A stretch of DNA of 64,000 bases from Lama glama. Taxonomy: Eukaryota. Below the pieces are notes generated by a model, which ran no database searches, was not told the DNA's origin, and saw nothing but the letters and a program-made list of their open reading frames with translations. The stretch spans positions 35,900,001 to 35,964,000 of the forward strand of contig CM052818.1 in NCBI GenBank assembly GCA_028534125.1, in the 5' to 3' direction. Both the position numbers and the translations under genes were made by a program. How positions within the stretch are numbered: the stretch's first letter is position 1; the number at the start of each line of letters is the position of its first letter. Shown one piece after another: positions 1 through 13,650 of the stretch.

Positions 1-1348
1 AAGGACCACAATAGATAACTGATACTCCATAAGCCACAGTGCCAGAGAGATATGAGCAAGATGAAGAAGCAGAGAAACCATTCCCAATTAAAAGAACAAG
101 AGAAATCCCCTGAAAGAACGATCAATGAAATAGACATCAACAGCCTACTAGATCAAGATTTCAAAAAAGGAGTGATCAAAGTATTGAAGGAACTAAAAGA
201 GATAGTGTTTAGAGATATAAAATATGTCAAAAATGAAATCAAAGCTATAAAGAAGAACCAAGTAGAATTAGTAAACTCATTTGCTGAGATGAGGACGGAT
301 CTAAAGGCTGTGTAAAACACACTCGATAATGCNNNNNNNNNNNNNNNNNNNNNNNNNNNNNNNNNNNNNNNNNNNNNNNNNNNNNNNNNNNNNNNNNNNN
401 NNNNNNNNNNNNNNNNNNNNNNNNNNNNNNNNNNNNNNNNNNNNNNNNNNNNNNNNNNNNNNNNNNNNNNNNNNNNNNNNNNNNNNNNNNNNNNNNNNNN
501 NNNNNNNNNNNNNNNNNNNNNNNNNNNNNNNNNNNNNNNNNNNNNNNNNNNNNNNNNNNNNNNNNNNNNNNNNNNNNNNNNNNNNNNNNNNNNNNNNNNN
601 NNNNNNNNNNNNNNNNNNNNNNNNNNNNNNNNNNNNNNNNNNNNNNNNNNNNNNNNNNNNNNNNNNNNNNNNNNNNNNNNNNNNNNNNNNNNNNNNNNNN
701 NNNNNNNNNNNNNNNNNNNNNNNNNNNNNNNNNNNNNNNNNNNNNNNNNNNNNNNNNNNNNNNNNNNNNNNNNNNNNNNNNNNNNNNNNNNNNNNNNNNN
801 NNNNNNNNNNNNNNNNNNNNNNNNNNNNNNNNATAAAGAAGAGGTGGTATATTTATACAATGGAATACTACTCAGCCATAAAAACCGACAACATAACGCC
901 ATTTGCAGCAACATGGATGCTCCTAGAGAATGTCATTCTAAGTGAAGTAAGCCAGAAAGAGAAAGAAAAATACCATATGAGATCGCTCATATGTGGAATC
1001 TAAAAAACAAACAAACAAAACATAAATACAAAACAGAAACAGACTCATAGACATAGAATACAAACTTGTGGTTGCCAAGGGGGCGGAGGGTGGGAAGGGA
1101 TAGACAGGATTTCAATATTGTAGAATAGATAAACAAGATTATACTGTATAGCACAGGGAAATATACACAAGATCTTATGTTAGCTCACAGAGAAAAAAAT
1201 GTGACAATTAATATATATATGTTCACGTATAACTGAAAAATTGTGCTCTACACTGGAATTTGACACAACATTGTAAAATGATTATAAATCAAAAAAAGTT
1301 TTAAAAAAAGAATAAAAATTTACATACTAAAAAGAAAAAAAAGAAAAG
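1..1348 (+). mobile_element. Young L1: 5'UTR end plus ORF1 N-terminus, 500-N gap, ORF2 C-terminus, 3'UTR and A tail
   Basis: ORF1-like MSKMKKQRNHSQLKEQEKSPE at 52 (premature TAA 313-315); ORF2 end [13 protein letters not shown]...SLICGI* at 833-1003; 3'UTR shared with other copies in the window. Confidence 0.92.
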
Positions 1349-1677
1349 CTTTTTAGACATATATAAAGACTTAATGCTGATAGCTATTGATGGTGGGTAA
1401 TGGATACATAATGATTCAGTGTACTCTCTACTTTGGTATATGTTTAGAAATTCTCAAAATAAAAGTTAAAAAATAAAAGAAGTAAGAAGAGACCTGAAAG
1501 ATAAGTAGGTGTCAAATAGGCAAAGGATGTCAGAAAAGAGTGTTCTCTAGGCCAGAGAAAGAGAAGACCCATCAATCCAGAGAACCTGGGAGTTTGGCAC
1601 ACTGCAGGGATTAAAATCCCAGCAAAATCTAAAGATCTTTCAGATCCACAAGCTACAGATAAAAAATATTCTAAATA

Positions 1678-1885
1678 GTAATAATGAGAGCTGCCTTTCT
1701 TGAGCCTTCACTAAGCGCTGGGCAGTGTCATTCTTAAGTTAACATGCTTTGTTTCAGCCATGTCTGAGAACAACCTAAAGGGAGGCAGAATTATTCCCGG
1801 TTCTCAGAGGAGGAAGCAGATGCGTGGGGCAGCAGGTAACTTGCCTGGATCTATCTAATTCCAGAGCCTGTGCTTTTTCTTACCC
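1678..1885 (-). mobile_element. MIR SINE
   Basis: Degenerate reverse MIR core (attattcccggttctcagaggaggaagcaga...ggtaacttgcct). Confidence 0.65.
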
Positions 1886-2189
1886 ACAGTCACACACCCT
1901 GCCTACCACATATCCAAATGCCATTATTAATTATTCAATTTTGCTCAAGAGTTCTAAATTCTCATTCTATTTCTACAATTAACTGACTTCATGCTTACAT
2001 CAAGTCATTTCACCTCTTGGTCATTTCACAAAATGGGACATAATTAGATGATATTAAGGTCGTCCTGGCTTTTAAACTCTCAATCAGATTTATAATTATA
2101 TTACTTAAACTTTTTATACACCAGCAGTTTATACCTATCATATTTTAAAGATTGTATGGCAGAATTTAGGCAATTATCTAAATTTGAAC

Positions 2190-2420
2190 AATTCATTAAT
2201 TAATTGTTCCACAAATAATCACTGGTCACCTTTGTGCCAGGTATTCTTCTAGGTGTTAGAAATGCAGTAGTAAGCAACCTACAGTTAAAAATCCTGCCTC
2301 TGTGGCACTTATAATTTAGTGGGAGGAGACATGATAAATAAAACCAAGAAGTAAACAATATAGTGTGTAAGAATATAGTAAATACTATGGAGAAAAATAA
2401 ATCAGGGAAGGTGTACAGGA
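2190..2420 (-). mobile_element. L2 3' fragment
   Basis: tgtgccaggtattcttctaggtgttagaaatgcagtag...cctgcctctgtggcacttata, typical reverse L2 3' end. Confidence 0.65.
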
Positions 2421-2642
2421 ACTGCTCTTCCCCCATGCCTATTAAGAGCAGGAGTTTGTTAAGCACTAAAGCAAATAAAGCTAAGCAATACCTGAGCCCT
2501 TGCCTTTGCCCTGATCCACTCAAGTAAATACTAATATAAGGAATTCTAGAAAAGACAAATAAACAAAGTACAGCGGGAACACCACACAGGAAACAGCGAC
2601 AAGACAGAAGAAACAGATTTGCAAACTGGATTTTGCTCTGAT

Positions 2643-2662
2643 ACACACACACACACACACAC
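2643..2662. repeat. (AC)10 microsatellite
   Basis: Seen directly. Confidence 0.95.
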
Positions 2663-4408
2663 AATCCAAAAGGGGAGGGGGGGATCATGTAAAAAGGAAT
2701 ATGAGACCTATATTTTAAAGCCATATTTCAAAATTTAACAAAATCTATGGATAAATATTTTTAAAAGATAAGGAAAAAAATAGAGATACAGACTATCTTC
2801 CTGCTTGGGAAAATTATTATTAAGATACAAACTGATCCAAAAATTATAGGTTTAATATAAATCAAATAAAAACTAAAATATGTTTTAGAAACATAATCAT
2901 GTAAGAATCTATACTACAAATAAAAGGATAAAAGAGCAAATGTATAAGAAAAATAAAGTAATTTTGGAAGAGTAATGAGAGTAGATAAACCCTAATGATC
3001 ATGAAAACACTTATTAATATGCTTTTCCCATTTGCATTTCCTTCTGCTATCTTTACAACATTCTATGGGTAACATCCATTTCTTTGGAGAAGTTTAGATA
3101 AAAAGAGAAATATTTCATTTTTATTTTCTAAATTAAAGAAAGTCTTTTACAGTAAGATAATAGTCTTGATAGTCTGGTTTTCCCAAAGAAGGAAATTTTT
3201 AACACCAATATTTCTGAACAAGCCGGAAAGACTCAGATTACAGTTTCTCCCACTTTGTAGAACCGATAACCCTTCTGCTCATGACAGCCAGAACATAATG
3301 CCTGCCATACCTAGCGTAGAAGGAGGATAAAACCTAGAGACAGTGTAAACTGAAGCCTCAAATTCCTGGTTCTGGTCAAAGGACTGTAGGACAAAGAAAT
3401 GAGACAGAGACAGGAGAAGCAAGTAATTAGACCAGTACTCCCATGACCCTCTCCAGGTAGAGGCTGCAAAAGGAAAGGAATGTTTGAAGGAGTGAGGAAA
3501 CCTGGAAGTCAGAATGGCTTCTGCTCTGCTTCATGTTGAGACAGTGCAAAGTGACTGCCTTTCAGCAGCATCCCTCATCCCCTCAATACACACAGACACA
3601 CATACACACACACACCCCTCCTCCCTGCCTACACCAAGCTTTTATCTCCCCTCATAGATACCTAGTATAAGCTGGAGATTAATCACATCAAAACATATGC
3701 ACAGAAGCACAATCAGATTGAGGAAGGGACTGAGATGGGCTCTGGAGCCTCCCTTTTCTCCTGTGTGCCATGGAAGGCACTGGGAAATACCTATGTGCTC
3801 TAGAGTACTATATAGGAAAGGTAACTTCACATGCTGGATGGTGAGTTTGCCAGAAATGGTCACTGTGATAGGGTCAAAGTAGCTCCATTGCAGAGGCCTG
3901 GGAAAGAGATCTCCTGGTTAAGGAGCCAACGGGAAGCCCCAGCCAGACCTTATGTTATCTGTGACACCTGGGAAGATGGCCAATACATCCTGGGAACCAA
4001 GAGAACAGTCTCAAGTAACAGCAGTTGTAAACTTCAGCTGTAGACATCTGAAGATCATCCAAGGAGAGTTCTGGTAGCACCACAGTAGTCACAATTCCTG
4101 GGAGTAGCCTGACCAGTTACTTTAAAGGAGAGACCAATGAGAAACCAGGGAAGACAACACATGGACTGAGGGGGTCCTGGTATTCTTCCACCACTATAAG
4201 GTCACACAAGCATCCATAAGTCTTGATTCCATTGTGGGAAGGTGTGAGAGAAGAGATGATACTTGAATGCCTGGTATCCAAACAGACTAAAATATCCTAA
4301 GAGATCAGTTTAAATTACTAGATAAGAATTAGTTTACCAGACTGCAGTAAGACTGGAAAACTTCCTTCAGTTACCCAGTGACCAGGGTTCATTAAAAAGA
4401 AGAAATGA

Positions 4409-4500
4409 GGGGGGAGGGAAATTGTTCAGTGGTAGGGTACATGCTTAGCATTCATGAAGTCCTGGATTCAGTTCCCAGTACCTCCATTAAAAAAAAAAAA
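4409..4500 (+). mobile_element. tRNA-derived SINE (camelid Vic-1-like)
   Basis: A/B-box-like head, cagtacctccatt then poly(A); TSD aaaaagaagaaatga (4394-4408) / aaaaggaagagatga (4501-4515). Confidence 0.85.
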
Positions 4501-5624
4501 AAAAGGAAGAGATGAACTATAGAAAAATAAAGAAGGTACATTTTCTTTGCACATCTGAGTAAGTATGAGTAAGCTGTGAACCTGCTACAGATTTTATGAT
4601 GTTTATTTATGTGAGAATTCAAAAGAACTTCTTTTTTCACATACTAGAAATCATCATCACTTTAGAAGTAACAATGGACTTCTAGTTTAAGACGGCAGAC
4701 TGAGCCCATTCATCTACCTCTTGTCCTCTTAAACACCTCAGGTCAGGAGGGCCTGGGAGTGCAGGCAGGCCACAGAACAACTGAGTGAAAAAGCACCAAA
4801 GATACCAGAACAACTCTGATGGTAAACAGTAAATGCTGGTCACAGCATTTAATATGGGTCTAAAGTCTTTGTCAGAGGGCTTACCGTGTGAACTTTGAGA
4901 TGATGATAATAGCAGTTAGGGACAATCTCAATAGATTGGAGATTGAGGGAAGACAACTCAGAATTAATCAGAACCCTATCTGCAGATAAATTCCTTTCCT
5001 AGAGCAGAAACCAAGGGAGGGACAGGTTCCAGCTTGTTAGCCTTGTCTTTGCAAATGCAAAGATAAAGGGAACTTCACTTCCCATTTACCATAGCAAGTG
5101 GGAAACCAATCTGCAGAGTCCATGGTCAGTGATGACATTCAGTGGGGAAGACAATGCTTTGTAAAGAATATTGACCTTTGCAGAATTAGACCAGTTAACA
5201 AGATGTTACCAGCATCACCTGAAGTGTTTAGGTGCCCCACCCCAGCCTTACTGAATCAGATTTTTGTGAGCAATGCTAATGCATTTAAAATGGGTCCCCA
5301 AAGGATTGTTACATATATTCAAGTTGAACAATCACTCATTTAGAGCCTCATTTGAAAATGTTATAAAGAACAGCCAAGAATCACCTGCTACTTAATAAAA
5401 ACTGAGAGAGGCACTAAGGTGAAAAAGCAGGGGCACAATGACCCACAGAAAAGAGAGGAAGGCAACAAAAAGAAGTAAGATGTTCTTAACTTTAATTGGT
5501 ATCTTCAGAGAGATTCAAGAGGCAAGTATATCCATAAAATGTGAAAAATCCCTTCATAAAATGCAGTAATCAAGGAACAAGAAAGAAATTTTAGAAAGTG
5601 AAATTATTTTCAGAATGAAATAAC

Positions 5625-7480
5625 TTGACTTTTAGTGAAAGCCAAGATAAGTAAGCCCATTACATCTCTCCTGCTGATTACAACTAGTAAAAACTCTAGA
5701 GAGAATCCTAAAAGCAGCTATCTAAGAATTCTGAAAAGCAAACAGTGGTAGGCATACTGGTGAGGAAAGTAAAAACCTGAACAGTCAATATGGCAGTGAG
5801 TATACTCTTTTTAAAAAATTCTTTCTTTTTTTACCACTTTGACATGAGGATGAGCAGAGTCCCAGAATTATGCAGCAGGCACACACAGCAAAAACTCCAA
5901 GAGAAATCCCCTCTTTCTCACTGGAGTAAAAGGGGCATCTGTGAGCTGGAAACTATGTGTTGGGGGGTGGGGGCTCCCATTCCTTTTCTTTTTTTCCTCT
6001 CCTGACCCCACTCTGAAGTCAGTCCAAGTTACACAGCTATACTACTGAGGCAGGACACCTAAAAGCCTAAGAGAAAACCAGCCCCTCCATCCTAAGGAAC
6101 TAGAAAAAGGAGCCAGGGCAAAATAGAGTATGGGGGTGGCGGGCATCCTCACTATGTATTTCTCCTTTTTTCCCTGACTGCTTCAACCAGGAGGGCCTCA
6201 ATAGGGTATATATCTATGCAACGGTGAAGGGGAAGCCCACTAAGGCTCTGACGGAAAGAAACCCCAGCTTTCTAGTGAGAAGTCCAGGAAAAGACTCCTG
6301 GGAGCCAGAGAACATAAGGAAAGTCCCCAAGAGTACAAAGTTAGAGAAGATCCCACTAAGGTGCATATGCATAGAAGAAACACAAAGAAGTACAGCAAAG
6401 GTTGGAGGAACTGAACAATGATATAACACCACTGATCAACCATAAAGGTGTAATAATAAAGAGATATCAATTTTCCCCCTCAAATAAATCTTTAACCCAA
6501 TGCAATTCTAATCAAAATCCTTTGTACCCTTATTTTTAACTGAAATATTCCAGTTAATCTGCAAGAATTAACAACATAAAAAAGGCAAGACAAACATTTT
6601 TGAAAGTCTAGTAAGAGAAAACTTAAAAGCTACATTAAATAATATAACATTAAAACAGTATGAAAATTATATAGTGATAAGGAATGAGATCAAAGGAACA
6701 TTATATAAATATGTATATGTGGGAATCTTATATATGATAAAGGTAGACTTCAAACAGTAGAACATTCATTAAATGCTATCAGAACAAATTACCTACTTTA
6801 GAAGAAAAAAGTTAAATTTCTATATAATAGCATTTATAAAAATTCCAAAACATTAGTTAAACAAAAAAATATTTAAAGACAATGAAAGACCAATAAGCAA
6901 TAAATATATGACAAAAAGTCAAGTAACTGCAACTTAAATAATACTCCTTTTCTTAATCTTTTAGATTCCCATTATGTTTTTAAAATAAGAAAAGTGTGTG
7001 TCTCCATTCACTTAAGCACATCAAATCTTTGGATATTTCTACACTAAAAAAGAAAAGAAAAAAATTAGAGGAAACAGTAATTAGAGGAAATCTGAATACT
7101 TATTTCAAAACTTCTGTATGTAGAAAAGAAATATAAAATTAAAAGGTAAATAAAAAGGGTAAAAGTATTTGTAAAAAACATGACAAAATTAATATTCTTA
7201 GTATATTAAACATTTATACATAATGATATAAAAACTGGTAAGACTGATGGATAAGTGGCTAGAGGACCTTAAATACAAAGAAAGAAACAAATTACATATC
7301 ATTTTGTATACATCAATTTAGCAAACACTGGGGTGGGGGAAAGCTCAATGTGATAATGTGGTGAAAAGGCATGCTCATGTGCCGAGAGTGAGGAAAAGGT
7401 GACACAACCTTATTAGGAAGCAATCTGACACAGGTATCAAGAACCTTAGAAAATGCTGATGCCCTCTAAGGAATTGTTAA
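5625..7480 (+). mobile_element. Old fragmented L1M (5' region and decayed ORF2 pieces)
   Basis: A-rich, L1 ORF2-like motifs such as aatgcaattctaatcaaaatcc. Confidence 0.55.
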
Positions 7481-7936
7481 CAATTTAGGAAAGTCTTCAA
7501 TTTCAGACTCCCGTCTGACAGCCACCTGATACCAGATAAGTCACACACCACTCTGAGCAGCAGTTTCTTCACTGTAAAATATGAATACAACTCACTAATT
7601 CTCAGGGTTGTTGTGATATTTAAGACAATAATAAAGCATGTAAAAATGTCTTAAAAACTACAGAGCAGACGGCTGACCCAAGGCCTGTGAACTCTGGGGG
7701 ATTTCAGAAGGTCCTCAAACTCTCTAAACATCTGTGAATGTTTGTGGAAAGAGACTACAGCTTTAAGCAGACCCTGTAAGGGATTCCTGATCCAAAAGAA
7801 AACTAAAAAGCACTACAGGAAAACAGCAAAATCAAAGTGATGAAATTCTTCCAGCTTGACGCCTGGCATGTAATAGGCCCAAATCAGGAATTCACTACAA
7901 AAATCTAGGTAGTATTTAAAATGATATTAAACTTAC

Positions 7937-8021
7937 TACATTTATATCTAAACCCCTCCTAGCAGTACTTAGTGATTTCTTAGCATGTCAACTTATTCTC
8001 TGACATAGCTGTGAGGAGAAC
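7937..8021 (-). other. NCOA1: 5'-UTR exon (probable exon 3), 85 nt
   Basis: Minus strand: gttgttttcctaattctag|GTTCTCCTCAC...ATAAATGTA|gtaagt. Canonical acceptor and consensus GTAAGT donor. Confidence 0.78.
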
Positions 8022-8464
8022 CTAGAATTAGGAAAACAACATGACAGTCTATCTATTTGGATTAATCACATAAAATGAAGGCAATCTACTTTAGAAAATG
8101 AGGGGAGAGGTGGCAGTAAGTAAATTTAATATATTTAAAGTATTATTCTTGACTCATTAAGATGTACATAATTAATATATAAGCTACCTTGGGATACTCT
8201 CTTGAAGCAAACAAAAACTAGAGATTTTATGTATATATTTTTAATAAAATGGAATATAGAAAATTATTTTTCTCTAAAATAATTAAGACTAAAAGATTAA
8301 TTCTCAAACTTCTATTTCTAGATGATGAGCCATACTTTCATTTAAAATTTTTCTAAAGCCCTAAAAGTGAGCCATAGTGATAAAATTCTACCCAATCAAG
8401 CATAGAGCAAATAGACTAACAGGTAGTTTTAATTATAATGAAAACTTAACAATTAAGAATTTTA

Positions 8465-8615
8465 GGGGGAACGGTACTGCTCAGTGGTAGAGTGCATGCT
8501 TAGTATGCACAAGGTCCTGGGTTCAATCCCCAGTACCTCCATTAAATAAACAAACAAACAAACAACCTAGTTACCGCCCCAGTCTGAAAAAAATTTTTTT
8601 AATTAGAAAAAAAAA
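8465..8615 (+). mobile_element. tRNA-derived SINE (Vic-1-like)
   Basis: gctcagtggtagagtgcatgcttag...ggttcaatccccagtacctcc with (AAAC)n tail. Confidence 0.88.
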
Positions 8616-8629
8616 AGACTTTAAAGTAC

Positions 8630-10290
8630 TTGAGGACTTCCACCTCTGGGAAGGTGGGATACATATATTTTCCCCTATTCTTGTAAGTAAAACTAAAAGC
8701 CCTGGACAACATATACAACAAACTTAAGATGACACTAAAGGCAGATCAGGTAGGGACCTCCAGATTCAAGGAAAACATAGTGGTGAATTCTATGAGTTTT
8801 CTTTTGTGCCCTATATATCTTAGACTTGGAATTGAAAAGCTGGCAATCCATAAATACCAACAGGCCCAGGCCCCCCAAACCAAAATGAACAAATAAAATC
8901 CTGTTCTCTTGAGTCAAAAGTTCAGAAAAGGAATAATCTAAAAAAAAAAAGCTGTTGTACCGAGGGGAACATCACAATACAAAACTAGCAAAGGTTAAGT
9001 GGAGAGCCTACACTTCCACCTTTGTCAAGATGTAACAAGGCACCCCTCACTCCCTACCACAGTGGTGTCAGAAAAGGTCAGTTGCAAGTTGGTCCCCACC
9101 AGGGGAAAATGAGACCTCCCTCTGCAGAGTGTCAGTGAAGACCACATGGAGAGCTTGGATGTCCACCCAGCAGTAAGAAGGTGCACTTCGCCCTCCCTGC
9201 TATAGGCTGGTGTCAGAAGAGGCCTAGTAGAGTTGGGCCTTTCACCACTGCCCAATAGTAAAAAGGCCCTCCTCTGTGGAGGCCATGTAGGGAGGAGTAC
9301 TGAAGCACTGCCCCTCCCAGCCTAGGAAAAGTTGGTTGAGGGCAGAACTCCTATCACCAACCAGCTGGAAAGTCTCCCACCAACTGGAAAGTCAACAGAG
9401 GTAGAGTGAGGAATCCCCACCGGGGAGTTATGTGGCAGAGCACTCTTCTCCTTCCCATGTTGGAGCAGTGCCAGAAGTCAGCTAAATCAGAATGTTTAAA
9501 TAAGATCCTGTCTCAGAACATAATACCCAAAATGTCCAGGTATCAAATAAAAATCACTCATCATAACAAGGAATATTTCAAACTGAATGAAACAAAACAA
9601 TCCACAGATGCCAATACCAAGATGATGGAGATGTTAAGATTACCCAAAAAGGATTTTTAAGCAACCATTATAAAAATGTCTCAAGGAGTAATTACACACA
9701 TACTTGAAACAAACAAAAAATAATGAGTCTCAGCAAAGAAAAAATATATATATAAAAGAATCAAATGCAAATTTCAGAACTGAAAAATACAATAACTGAA
9801 ATAAAAGACTCAGTGGATGAGAACTACAGTAGAATGCAGAGGACAGAGGGAAGAAACACTGAACTGGAAGACAGAACAGAAACTACCCAATCTGAACAAC
9901 AGAGAGAAAGCACTGAAAACAAATAAACAGAGTTTGGGGACCTGTGGGACTATAACAAAAAACCTATCTTCCACATCATCAGAGTCCCAAAAAGAGAGAA
10001 CAAAGAGAGTAAGGCTGAAAAAGTGCTTTACGAAATAAAAGCTGATAACTTCTCAAGCTTGGCAAAACACATAAATTTACAGATTCCAGAAGCTAAGTGA
10101 AACCTAAGTAGAACAAGACCAAAGCAATTCATGCCAAGACAGTTCAGAGTTAAAACTTCTAAAAACTAAAGAAAAAGAAAATGTAACAAAAACATCAAGA
10201 GAAATGATGCTTTATCTATAAGGGAAAAACAATTCAAATGTCGGATTTCTCATCTAAAACAAAAGAGGGATGAAGGAAGTGGCACTGAAG
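8630..10290 (+). mobile_element. Old L1M 5'UTR and decayed ORF1
   Basis: ORF1-like remnants from about 9520 (e.g. STDANTKMMEMLRLPKKDF), many stops and frameshifts. Confidence 0.75.
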
Positions 10291-10529
10291 TCCACACCTT
10301 TTCATTTGTGTTTCTATATCTGATTTTCTCTTGTTTGTGACTCTTGGCATGACTGGAATCTAGAGACTGAATGTCAGATATTGCATAATAAAAACTATAG
10401 AGGTTGTGAGTGAGATTATCTTTTCCATAAGAAGATTTCTTTAGTTTCTGGTGGCAATGGAAGCTACTTCAATCAGAAATTAAGCTAATTTGAAACCAGT
10501 TTCCAATCATATTAAGACCTGGTCTCTTT

Positions 10530-10985
10530 CTCAAACCTTATTTGGATCCTAATTCAAACAGGCGAGAAAAAAAAAAAAGAAGGGGGAGAAAATGTTTCTG
10601 ACATTAAAACAATTTAAAATTTGAACACTGAATAATACTTAATATTAGGTATTATTAATATTAAATATTGTTTAAATAATATTTAAATATTTAAAAAATT
10701 TAAAGAATATTAAAGTCTGATAATGGTATTATGATTGTTTTTCTTAAAAAAAAAAAGAGGAAGAAAGTTTTACCTTTTCCGGAAACATATGAAATATTTA
10801 CAGATCAAATGACGTATCATCTGGATTTGTTTCAAAATATGAAAGGGGAGAAAGTGAGTCAGAGTACAGATAAAACAAGATTGACCAAGGACTGATAACT
10901 GTTGAAGGCAAGTAGAAATTCATTAGCCTATTTTTTGACTACTTCAGCATATTTTTGAAATTTTCCCTAACAGAACATTTTAAAG
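10530..10985 (+). mobile_element. Old L1 (L1MC/MD-like) 3' end
   Basis: gaaatatttacagatcaaatga...tctggatttgtttcaaaata...gataaaacaagattgacc. Confidence 0.65.
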
Positions 10986-11713
10986 TACGTATACCACGTG
11001 ATTCAGCAATTCTACTTCTCTTTATCTTAAAGGGCTCTCATGCAGGTGCATGAAGTACATACGGGATACTCTTGACTTCACTGCTTGTAGTTTTAAAAAA
11101 TTATAAACAGTCCGTAGTAAGAACTTTGAGGGCCCAAATAACACTGGTACAGCCATAGTACAAAATACAATGCAGAAACTGGAAAACAACAAAACACAGA
11201 TCAAAACACGTTGTAGAGTGAAAAAAATCATACTGCCAAACTACATAAATGTTCAATTTTAAAAAATAATCCACACAATACTATATATTTCCTACAAATG
11301 TGTGTATACATGTATATATGTGTATATAAATCAGTGTATATGTGTAGATATATGTATGTATATACATAAATATAAATGGATTGAAAATATCTGAAAAGAT
11401 AGACACCAAATGTTTAACTCCAGAGAAAATGGGAAAGAACCAGGACTACAGAAATGCTCAAGATAGATTTTAGTTTTACTGATCTTGTTAGCATTTTTAA
11501 AAGAAGAATTACCTCTGTGGGTAAAATTTACTTTTAAAAAAGAACATTAATTCATATTCTTGCTATCTCTTTGCAAATCAATGAATCTGTTTTTACTTTT
11601 GTACAGAAACAGAACCAAGAAATATCTCCTAGAAAATTAACTATAAAATATACCCTTCTCTTCATTAAAAATCGAGAACTTATAGACAAAATGTAATCAA
11701 TCTGGGAAAAAAA

Positions 11714-11795
11714 TACTAGGTTCAACCACATGAAATTGCCAACAGCCTAACATTTTGCCTTCAAAAAATGGCAATTTCATGAGTTTTCCCTAATA
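11714..11795. mobile_element. MADE2-like mariner MITE
   Basis: About 80 bp with imperfect TIRs taggttcaaccacatgaaattgcc / ggcaatttcatgagttttcccta, TA-flanked. Confidence 0.8.
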
Positions 11796-12141
11796 GATCT
11801 TCTTATAGCAATAATATATTACAGGAAATTCATTACATTTATATATAATATACTCCTGAAAACTTGTATGAAAACTAAAATGTGTGAGAAGATAAAAGGG
11901 AGCTGCTCTTAGAAAGTTAAACACACATATGTCCCTAATTTCACCTGACCAGTTGTCAACAATATAATTACAACATTTCCACATTTTCTTCAAACTCCGT
12001 CCTCCCACTTCACATGCAATACTGGATTAATATTCTTTAATCCAATAACCATTTGACTGAAACCAAAGATTTATAATTTTCATCTTGGTCTTAACTAATA
12101 TTCACTCTATAAGCATACTTACAATTATCACTCTCAGCTGA

Positions 12142-12495
12142 ATTTCTTCTATTGAAGTATAGTTGATTTGCAATATTGTATTAGTTTCAGGTGTACAGCA
12201 AAGCAATTCAGTTATGCATATATATACAGACATATTCTTTCTCAGATTCTTTTCTATTATAGGTTATTACAAGATATTGAGTGTAATTCCCTGTGCTATA
12301 CAGTAAACCCTTGTTGTTTATCTTTTATATACAGTAGTGTGCATCTGTTAATCCTCTACTCCTAATTTATCCTCCTTCCTTTCCCCTTTGGTAACCATAA
12401 GTTTATTTTCTAGGTCTGTGAGTCTGTTTCTGTTTTATAAATAATTTCACTGGCATTTTTTAATTCCACATTTAAGTCATGTCATAATATTTTTA
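12142..12495 (-). mobile_element. L1 3' end fragment
   Basis: attgaagtatagttgatttgcaatattgtattagtttcaggtgtacagc, reverse complement of L1 3'UTR. Confidence 0.88.
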
Positions 12496-13650
12496 TTGAC
12501 CTTACCCTCCAGCAATTCCTATTGTCAAGCCTTTCCTTAGACTGACTGTAGTACCTTTTCCAATTCAAGGATCTCAGAAGAGTCCATATCCTACTGAACT
12601 TTCAAATTCCATTTCAAACTTCTCCAAAAAACTCCTCATCAACCAACTTGTTCCCTATCTTCCTTACTCATTAGGGTACCTGAGAATAAGTTCTCTGTGT
12701 GTACATTTCAATTTAACAGTATTCCACTGATTTGTTCATTTCAATAGTAATAACAACTGTTGAGTACCCACAATAAGCCAAGCTATTCTAGGCACTGGTG
12801 TCAGAGCAGAGAACAAAAAAGATACAGTCCCTGTTGTCAGAGTACTTACATTTATATGTAATGGATATGAAATATTTGGGTATTAATTTATCATAATACA
12901 TCAAATTTCCCACTTTTGGCCAATTAGGTTGTTTTCAGTTCCTACTGTTACCAAATAAATAACACTGTGAATATAGTTCTAATATAGCCTTTTTATTCCT
13001 TGAATTATTTATTTAGAGCTAATTCCAAGAGAAGGACTATTAAATCAATGGCCATAGATATTTTTATGGCTTTTAAGATATATACTACCAAATTACACTT
13101 CAAATGAGCTGTACCAATTCCAAAACAAATTCATGAGTACTTGATTTCCTATGAACCACTTCATTATAGTTATTCAATAAGTACAAAAAGATTTTTCACT
13201 ATTATTTTAATTACCCAGAAAGTTGAACTCTTTTCCTTAAGTTTGTTTTCTCTATGTCCCCTTATGACCTCATGGACATGACTTTATCAATGTACTTAGT
13301 GGAATCTTAGTGTTGTAAATATTTTTTAAATATTCATAGTTATTTTAGATAGTATTTAAGATCATAATTGTGAATATTTTCCATTTTGTTATTTCTCTTT
13401 TTAATTTTGTGCTGGATTTCTTCATACATATTTACTTAACTTTTTAGCCAGTTTATTAGTCTTTTTACCTTAGGTTACTATTCTTTGCATCGTTTCACTG
13501 CTTTTTCAGTTCTTAAAATGTTAACCATACATTTGCATATGGATAGGTTCAACACTAATTCTTCTAACTACCTGATCACTTCAAAACTTATAAAATAATT
13601 CTACTACTTGACAGACTTTATGCTGGCTTACTGTATACTAAATTCCTAAA

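Noticed and set aside
153..1003. Long ORFs of 190-250 aa here and at 30592-31320
   Set aside because: They are open only because they run through N gaps; the flanks are L1.
2200..2724. 174-aa minus-strand ORF
   Set aside because: Runs through a (TG)n repeat and an L2 remnant; no recognisable protein or supporting splice structure.
3011..3081. Possible extra minus-strand exon (pyrimidine tract plus AAG acceptor)
   Set aside because: Donor TAA|gtgttt is weak and there is no other support.
4409..4500. tRNA-like heads here and at 8465, 28693 and 59697 as tRNA genes
   Set aside because: A-rich tails, TSDs and degenerate stems identify them as SINEs.
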